Part shown: positions 59,370 to 64,000 of the stretch, piece after piece
Position numbering within the stretch: the first letter of the stretch is position 1
Layout: each line of letters starts with the position of its first letter
Source of the DNA: Patescibacteria group bacterium
GTDB taxonomy: Bacteria > Patescibacteriota > Patescibacteriia > UBA1558 > GWA2-36-10
NCBI GenBank assembly: GCA_041665505.1
Contig: JBAYIR010000005.1
Span: forward strand, 225-64,224
Length of the DNA stretch: 64,000 bases
Direction: 5' to 3'
Translations under genes and position numbers: made by a program
Notes under the pieces: model-generated
The model's input: only the letters and a program-made list of their open reading frames with translations
Database searches by the model: none
What the model was told of the DNA's origin: nothing

Positions 59370-60023
59370 ATGTCCAAAGATTATAATATACAAGTAGATG
59401 CTGACAAGCACTATAAGAATAAAAAATATGATGACTTAGGAAGATTTATTTCTTATTATCATCAAATTGACGAAGCCAGAAAAATGTCTGTTGATAGCAT
59501 ATTGGAGATTGGTATTGGAGGCGGAGTGGTGGCTAATTATCTAAAGAGTATTGGCAAAGAGGTAAAAACTTGTGACTTTGACCAAAAAACAGGAGCAGAT
59601 ATTATCTCAGATATCAGAGATATCAATTCACCAGATAATTCTTTTGATTTGGTGATGGCTTGTCAGATACTAGAACATATTCCTTTTGAAGATTTTGCCA
59701 AAGGTTTGTCAGAAATTAGAAGAGTCAGTAAAAAATACGCCATTATATCTTTGCCTTATCGCTCTTCTTATTTTGAAATGATTATAAAATTTCCTTTTAT
59801 CCGTACACTATTTAAAAAAGATTTCTTTGATTTTAGCATCAAGCGAGCTATCAGATTTCCGGGTTTTGACCAATCAGGCCAGCATTATTGGGAGATAGAT
59901 CAAAAGCAATACAAGCTCAAAGACATCCGTACCAAGCTGGAAGAAAAATTTAAGATTTTAAATGAGTTTAGTCCGATTTTAAATAAATATCATTACTTTT
60001 TTATATTAGAAGTTAAGAAATAA
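59370..60023 (+). CDS. Class I SAM-dependent methyltransferase
   Basis: Motif I ILEIGIGGG, and motif post-I DLVMACQILEH. Confidence 0.75.
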   Translation: MSKDYNIQVDADKHYKNKKYDDLGRFISYYHQIDEARKMSVDSILEIGIGGGVVANYLKSIGKEVKTCDFDQKTGADIISDIRDINSPDNSFDLVMACQILEHIPFEDFAKGLSEIRRVSKKYAIISLPYRSSYFEMIIKFPFIRTLFKKDFFDFSIKRAIRFPGFDQSGQHYWEIDQKQYKLKDIRTKLEEKFKILNEFSPILNKYHYFFILEVKK

Positions 60024-60024
60024 G

Positions 60025-60774
60025 ATGTCAGAAAAAAAATTAGACAATCAATTTGTTAGAGAAGCTTACAATCAATCAATGGGAAATTATCCAGCTGGCT
60101 ATCATCACTGGCGTTGGTTTCGGGAAGCAATATCACGCTATCATTACAAACAGAGTAAGCGTAGTTTTTTGTATGCTCTAAAAGGTTCCCATTTTGATAA
60201 AGCTTTGGAAATAGGCGGTGGCGATGGTGAGTGGACCAAAATACTTTTGTCTTATGTTGGGCAGATAGATTTTTATGATATCTCTGAAGAAATGATGAAA
60301 CAAGCCAAAAATCGTTTGGCTGATAAACAAAATATAAATTTCTTTTTGGGAGATTTTTTGGAAAATGATTTGTCTGATTATAGCTATGATTTTATTTTAT
60401 CTTTTCGTTCTTTTGAGTATTTTGATGATAAAGAAAAGTTTTTTCAAGAAACAAAGAGATTACTCAAAAGTGGAGGGAAAATGATTATGGTTAGCAAAAG
60501 TCCACATTATGATTGGAAAAAATATTATCAAAGTAAAAAACTTCATTCAGGCATTTTGCCTATACAAGAGATAATAAAAATGTTTGCCAGTCATGATTTT
60601 GAAATAGAGTTGGTCAAACCAGCTATTGTTGGCAAAAAGTTGAGCTGGCCACTGATGCGGTTTTTGTTTGATATTTTTCACCGTAGTAATTATTTATTCA
60701 AATTTAATATCTTACCACTTTTTATTTTACAATATATTTCGGAGAGTTTTATTATTAAGGTAGTCAAAAAATAA
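60025..60774 (+). CDS. Class I SAM-dependent methyltransferase
   Basis: ALEIGGGDGEWT motif I. Confidence 0.75.
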   Translation: MSEKKLDNQFVREAYNQSMGNYPAGYHHWRWFREAISRYHYKQSKRSFLYALKGSHFDKALEIGGGDGEWTKILLSYVGQIDFYDISEEMMKQAKNRLADKQNINFFLGDFLENDLSDYSYDFILSFRSFEYFDDKEKFFQETKRLLKSGGKMIMVSKSPHYDWKKYYQSKKLHSGILPIQEIIKMFASHDFEIELVKPAIVGKKLSWPLMRFLFDIFHRSNYLFKFNILPLFILQYISESFIIKVVKK

Positions 60775-60776
60775 TT

Positions 60777-61385
60777 ATGCTCCTAGAATTATATGGACTG
60801 CCGGGTAGCGGTAAGTCAACACTAGCCAAACGCTTGGCAGAGATAGACAGCTCAAAATTTGTAGTAGTCAATTTTTCCAATAAATTGTCTAGATATTTTT
60901 ATTTATTGCTTTATATAATAAATCATCCTGTAAATTTTTATCAATGGATAATGTTTTTATTACAAAATAAAAAATTGTTTATTTATAAATTGCATTTGTT
61001 ATTTTTATCTCTGGCCAAGATGCAAAAAGCCAGCTTTATAAAAAATAAGCAGGCCTTAGTAGATGAAGGATTATTACAAAGAGTTTTGACTATTTCGGAT
61101 AATTTGGTAGATGATAAGTCATTGGATAAATTATTAAAATATTTAGTCAGTCCAGTCCATTTGATTATTATGGAGGGTGGTGTTTTTCATCGTTTTATAA
61201 CAGACGAGCAGAAAGATAATAGCCCTAGATTAAAATTGGGGCAAGATTATTTTGTAGCCTGGCAAAATATGCTAGAGAAAAATAATAATATTATAAAAAG
61301 ATATTTAGCCGATAAAAAAAATTTAAAGGTAGCTATATATAATAAAGAATCTATTAAGGCAGAGGATATTGTCTCTGGCATTTAA
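60777..61385 (+). CDS. P-loop NTPase/kinase-like protein
   Basis: Walker A LYGLPGSGKSTLAKRL at the N-terminus; 202 aa. Confidence 0.55.
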   Translation: MLLELYGLPGSGKSTLAKRLAEIDSSKFVVVNFSNKLSRYFYLLLYIINHPVNFYQWIMFLLQNKKLFIYKLHLLFLSLAKMQKASFIKNKQALVDEGLLQRVLTISDNLVDDKSLDKLLKYLVSPVHLIIMEGGVFHRFITDEQKDNSPRLKLGQDYFVAWQNMLEKNNNIIKRYLADKKNLKVAIYNKESIKAEDIVSGI

Positions 61386-61452
61386 TTTTTGGGTAAATAA
61401 AGAAGCGCCTCACGGGTGGACTGATGTCCCGCCGCGAGGCGCCCAAGACGAT

Positions 61453-61878
61453 TCATACAACATCGCCGCTGTCTTCATATCGTACGCCATCGCTATCGAG
61501 GCGTACCTCAATGCTGGTGTCAAACACGCTGCAGAGGGTTTGGCACAACTCTACGACTTCTTGGCGATGCATTTCGCCGTTGAATTCAAAGACCCAGTGG
61601 TCTTCGGTAGCACTTCGCCGGCTGTTCTCGAACCAGATGACACCGATGAGCAGGTGCATGTGTTGTCCCAGCAGCAGACGCAGCAGGCCCCGGCGAGGCT
61701 TCTTGGTGGGGTTCCATTTGAGAATCCCCAGTGAATCTTCGGGTGACAGGGGAGCTTTGAGTTTACTCCCGCCACATGATGCCAACTCCCAGCCTTGGTT
61801 CTTGAGCCATCGCCCAACTCGGATCGAGATGTGGACATCTGACACCTTAACTTCAGGAGTGTTCACGTCTAACCTCAC
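61453..61878 (-). CDS. Candidate 141-aa protein in island 4 (GTG start, weak SD)
   Basis: Reverse frame with plausible amino-acid composition, GC3-biased codons and a TGA stop. Other overlapping frames look like high-GC artefacts. Confidence 0.3.
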   Translation of the reverse strand: MRLDVNTPEVKVSDVHISIRVGRWLKNQGWELASCGGSKLKAPLSPEDSLGILKWNPTKKPRRGLLRLLLGQHMHLLIGVIWFENSRRSATEDHWVFEFNGEMHRQEVVELCQTLCSVFDTSIEVRLDSDGVRYEDSGDVV

Positions 61879-61934
61879 TTGCTAGGGGTGTACATTCATT
61901 GCCGCACTACTTTTGTAGTAGTCTTGACCTTGTG

Positions 61935-62489
61935 TCAGGCCAGACCGCGTCGCAGCTTGGCTGCGAAGTCCTTGGCGTAGTCTTCCTTGACCTGGAAGTC
62001 GGCCTGAGCTTCCGGCAGCAGACAGCGGAACTGTCCGATCACGTGCTGCTCCAAGTAGCTCAGCGACTCTTCCACGGTCTTGCCCATCGCCGCCCCACTG
62101 GCGAAGGTCTTGACGATCCAGAAGGTCTCGCCACCCTCCAAGAGGTGGGCATCGTGGACGATGTCGCCTTCGATGGTCAGGATGTCGTCGGGATTGGTGT
62201 CCTTCTGAGAATCCCAGGCAGTCCGGACAATGCGAGCAATGTCGCCCTCGCACACCTGCTGCGAACGCAGGAAAGTGATGGTGGCTTCTTCGCCGCCGGG
62301 CAGATGAATAACGCCATGGAAGTACAGCGCGACCCGGATCAGCTTCAGACTGGCCTCAGGGTAGTTCCGGGTCAGTTTCACGGAGATGTCCCAGATGCGG
62401 TCGATGTGGCACATGTTGTGCATCACGTCTTTGGCTTCGTAGTAGGGAGCTACGAAGTTGGAGACAGAGGAGAGCTTGAGTTTATCCAT
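61935..62489 (-). CDS. Hypothetical 184-aa protein in island 4
   Basis: ATG 62489 with AAAGG 9 nt upstream, TGA stop, GC3-biased. Contains MHNMCHIDRIW...YFHGVIH, His-rich and possibly metal-binding. The ORF-track start at 62558 runs into the promoter. Confidence 0.5.
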   Translation of the reverse strand: MDKLKLSSVSNFVAPYYEAKDVMHNMCHIDRIWDISVKLTRNYPEASLKLIRVALYFHGVIHLPGGEEATITFLRSQQVCEGDIARIVRTAWDSQKDTNPDDILTIEGDIVHDAHLLEGGETFWIVKTFASGAAMGKTVEESLSYLEQHVIGQFRCLLPEAQADFQVKEDYAKDFAAKLRRGLA

Positions 62490-62529
62490 CGTGTGGCCTT
62501 TCGGTTGGGGTACATAGGGCGGACTATAT

Positions 62530-62558
62530 ATAATAGCATATATGTTAGTTTTTGTCAA
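62530..62558 (-). promoter_or_regulatory. Consensus sigma70 promoter (reverse strand) driving the island 4 genes
   Basis: Reverse strand reads TTGACA, 17-nt spacer AAAACTAACATATATGC, then TATTAT. Lies in AT-rich DNA flanking the island. Confidence 0.65.
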
Positions 62559-62622
62559 TAAGAATCAATAATAACATATTTGACTTTTAAGGCTCTAAAT
62601 GGTATGGTTTTTTAAGTAATTT

Positions 62623-63861
62623 ATGCAAATTTTACGCAATATTAAAGCAATTATTCGTAGTATTTTGGCCTGGATTATCTATGGTTTATCTTTTTTAGTA
62701 CCCAAAGATAAAAAGCTATGGATTGTCATGGGTTGGCGAAAAAATAAGCAAGGAGAGCTATTTGGTGATAATGCTAAGTATTTTTTTCTATATGCTTCAC
62801 AAAATCTCAAAGATATTAAAGTAATTTGGCTTGGACAAGATAATAGAATATGTCAGAGACTCAAAGAGCATAATTACCTAGCTTATAATCTTAATAGTTT
62901 AAAAGGTATTTGGGCATCTATGCGAGCCGGCTATACTATAGTTGATGCTAATATTCGTCTAGAAAATTGGCAGTATAGTGGTGGTTCTAGATTAGTGCAA
63001 CTCTGGCATGGTAAGTCACTGAAAAAAATGGGGCATAATAGTCCTTACGCTATGGGTAAATACAGAAAATTTTTAGCCCCAAATTTATTTCGCAAATTTT
63101 ATCTATTAACAGCGGCTTCTAAGTTTTTGGGAGATTTTAATGTCTCAGGTTTTAGAATGAAGTCAGAAGATTTATTGGTCAGTGGTCTGCCCCGCTATGA
63201 TATTTTATTTTCTGATATTAAAGATTCCGATATAGATGTAGATAAAGATTTTGAAGAAAAATTAAAAGAGTTAAAAGCCAAAAATTATAATAAGATAATT
63301 TTTTATGCGCCGACTTTTCGTCCAGATGGTAGCAATCCTTTAGCTGGTGCCGACTTAGTAGCTTTGGATAAAGTTTTAGAGCAGCAAAATGATTATTGTC
63401 TGGTGTCACTTCATCCCAAGTTTGCCACCAAAGATTGGCAACCAGATGAAAAATTTCATAATTTGGAATTTGTAAATACTGGTTCGGATTTATATCCTTT
63501 GATGAAATATTTTGATTTACTAATTACTGATTATTCATCTTTAGCTTTGGATTTTCTATTAGTCAAAGTACCAGCTATATTATATATTTATGATTTAGAA
63601 TCTTTTAAAGCCGGTATGGGTCTACACAAAGAAATAGTAGAAGCTACGCCAGGTCCTAGAGTAGCGACTTTTCCAGATTTGTTAGAGGTGCTAAAAGGTG
63701 ATAGCTATATTTGGTCTAGTGAACATGATAAAGCTAGGGATTTATTTTTTTCTTATCAAGATGCTCATTCAGCCAAGAGAATAGCTGATGAACTGATCAG
63801 TGTAATGGATGTATCTGGACAAACTATAGCAGAGAGCAAAAAATTTTTAACAGCTAAATAA
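62623..63861 (+). CDS. CDP-glycerol glycerophosphotransferase (TagF/TagB family, Glyphos_transf)
   Basis: IIFYAPTFRPDG and LITDYSSLALDFLL motifs. N-terminal membrane-association region. Confidence 0.8.
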   Translation: MQILRNIKAIIRSILAWIIYGLSFLVPKDKKLWIVMGWRKNKQGELFGDNAKYFFLYASQNLKDIKVIWLGQDNRICQRLKEHNYLAYNLNSLKGIWASMRAGYTIVDANIRLENWQYSGGSRLVQLWHGKSLKKMGHNSPYAMGKYRKFLAPNLFRKFYLLTAASKFLGDFNVSGFRMKSEDLLVSGLPRYDILFSDIKDSDIDVDKDFEEKLKELKAKNYNKIIFYAPTFRPDGSNPLAGADLVALDKVLEQQNDYCLVSLHPKFATKDWQPDEKFHNLEFVNTGSDLYPLMKYFDLLITDYSSLALDFLLVKVPAILYIYDLESFKAGMGLHKEIVEATPGPRVATFPDLLEVLKGDSYIWSSEHDKARDLFFSYQDAHSAKRIADELISVMDVSGQTIAESKKFLTAK

Positions 63862-63868
63862 TATAATT

Positions 63869-64000
63869 ATGTCCAAAATAAAAATATTAATTACTGACAA
63901 TATAGATCAAACAGGCGTAGATATGATGGAGGCCGAAGGCTATGAAGTAAGGCAAGAACAAAAATTGTCCAATGATGCTCTGCTACTCATAATTAAAGAC
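63869..64000 (+). CDS. 5'-partial CDS, probable D-isomer-specific 2-hydroxyacid dehydrogenase (e.g. phosphoglycerate dehydrogenase-like)
   Basis: MSKIKILITDNIDQTGVDMMEAEGYEVR... is typical of the N-terminus of this family. Runs off the window. Confidence 0.45.
   Translation, partial: MSKIKILITDNIDQTGVDMMEAEGYEVRQEQKLSNDALLLIIKD

Larger units (their letters stand above)
61392..62535. other. GC-rich compositional island 4
   Basis: ~60% GC. Two reverse-strand GC3-biased ORFs with TGA stops. A consensus host-type promoter lies on its right flank and a hairpin plus T-rich tract on its left. Confidence 0.8.

Noticed and set aside
61369-62561. Forward-strand ORFs 61369..61734, 61424..61885 and 61899..62561 in island 4
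   Set aside because: They overlap the better-supported reverse-strand genes, lack SD sites and have Ser/Arg/Pro-rich translations characteristic of out-of-frame high-GC sequence.
1-64000. Alternative genetic code (UGA as sense, code 4/25) suggested by the near absence of TGA stops
   Set aside because: All conserved genes (fusA, tuf, ftsZ, ribosomal proteins) are full-length under the standard code with no in-frame TGA. TGA clearly terminates the GT4 gene at 57169-57171. It is rare but used as a stop.
1-64000. CRISPR arrays, rRNA or tRNA genes, transposases, integrases, reverse transcriptase (DGR)
   Set aside because: No regularly spaced repeats and no tRNA-like acceptor/T-arm motifs were found by eye. 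No recombinase or RT motifs appear in any frame. The only direct repeat is the 27-bp promoter duplication in island 3.

Overview
AT-rich (~33% GC), gene-dense window from a small-genome bacterium. Several features match a CPR/Patescibacteria-type lineage: no L30 between S5 and L15, K/E-rich tails on several ribosomal proteins, ComEC present, nearly all host stops TAA/TAG. Gene content in order: a 3'-partial CDS, ybeY-dgkA, ftsA-ftsZ-nrdR, a cobalamin-riboswitch-like leader in front of a secreted transcobalamin-like protein, prfB, a ComEC split into two ORFs, a stand-alone receiver domain, ndk, rpmB, an M50-type protease, the str operon (rpsL-rpsG-fusA ... tuf), an S10/spc cluster running rpsJ to rplO then secY-adk-map, ruvX, a TagO/WecA-like transferase, a block of hypothetical membrane/secreted proteins, a divergent HTH regulator plus ECF sigma/anti-sigma pair, a 1248-aa Ser/Thr-rich secreted surface protein followed by two O-antigen-ligase-like (Wzy_C)+TPR proteins, five GT4 glycosyltransferases, two SAM methyltransferases, a P-loop protein, a TagF-like glycerophosphotransferase and a 5'-partial dehydrogenase. 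No rRNA, tRNA, CRISPR, transposase or integrase was found. The most anomalous signal is four ~0.9-1.2 kb islands of ~60% GC (12427-13665, 16195-17225, 20527-21500, 61392-62535) in intergenic host DNA. Each carries small ORFs with strong GC3 codon bias, Shine-Dalgarno sites, TGA/TAG stops and GC-rich intrinsic terminators, and each sits directly downstream of a near-consensus AT-rich host-type sigma70 promoter. Island 3 splits the conserved fusA-tuf junction and contains a 27-bp exact direct repeat (31/32 with its conserved 3' extension) that is itself a promoter, duplicated in front of two cassettes. These islands read as foreign (high-GC donor) gene cassettes or chimeric/engineered insertions and are the main candidates for an undescribed system. 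Secondary candidates are the B12-riboswitch/transcobalamin-like capture module and the surface-protein O-glycosylation locus.
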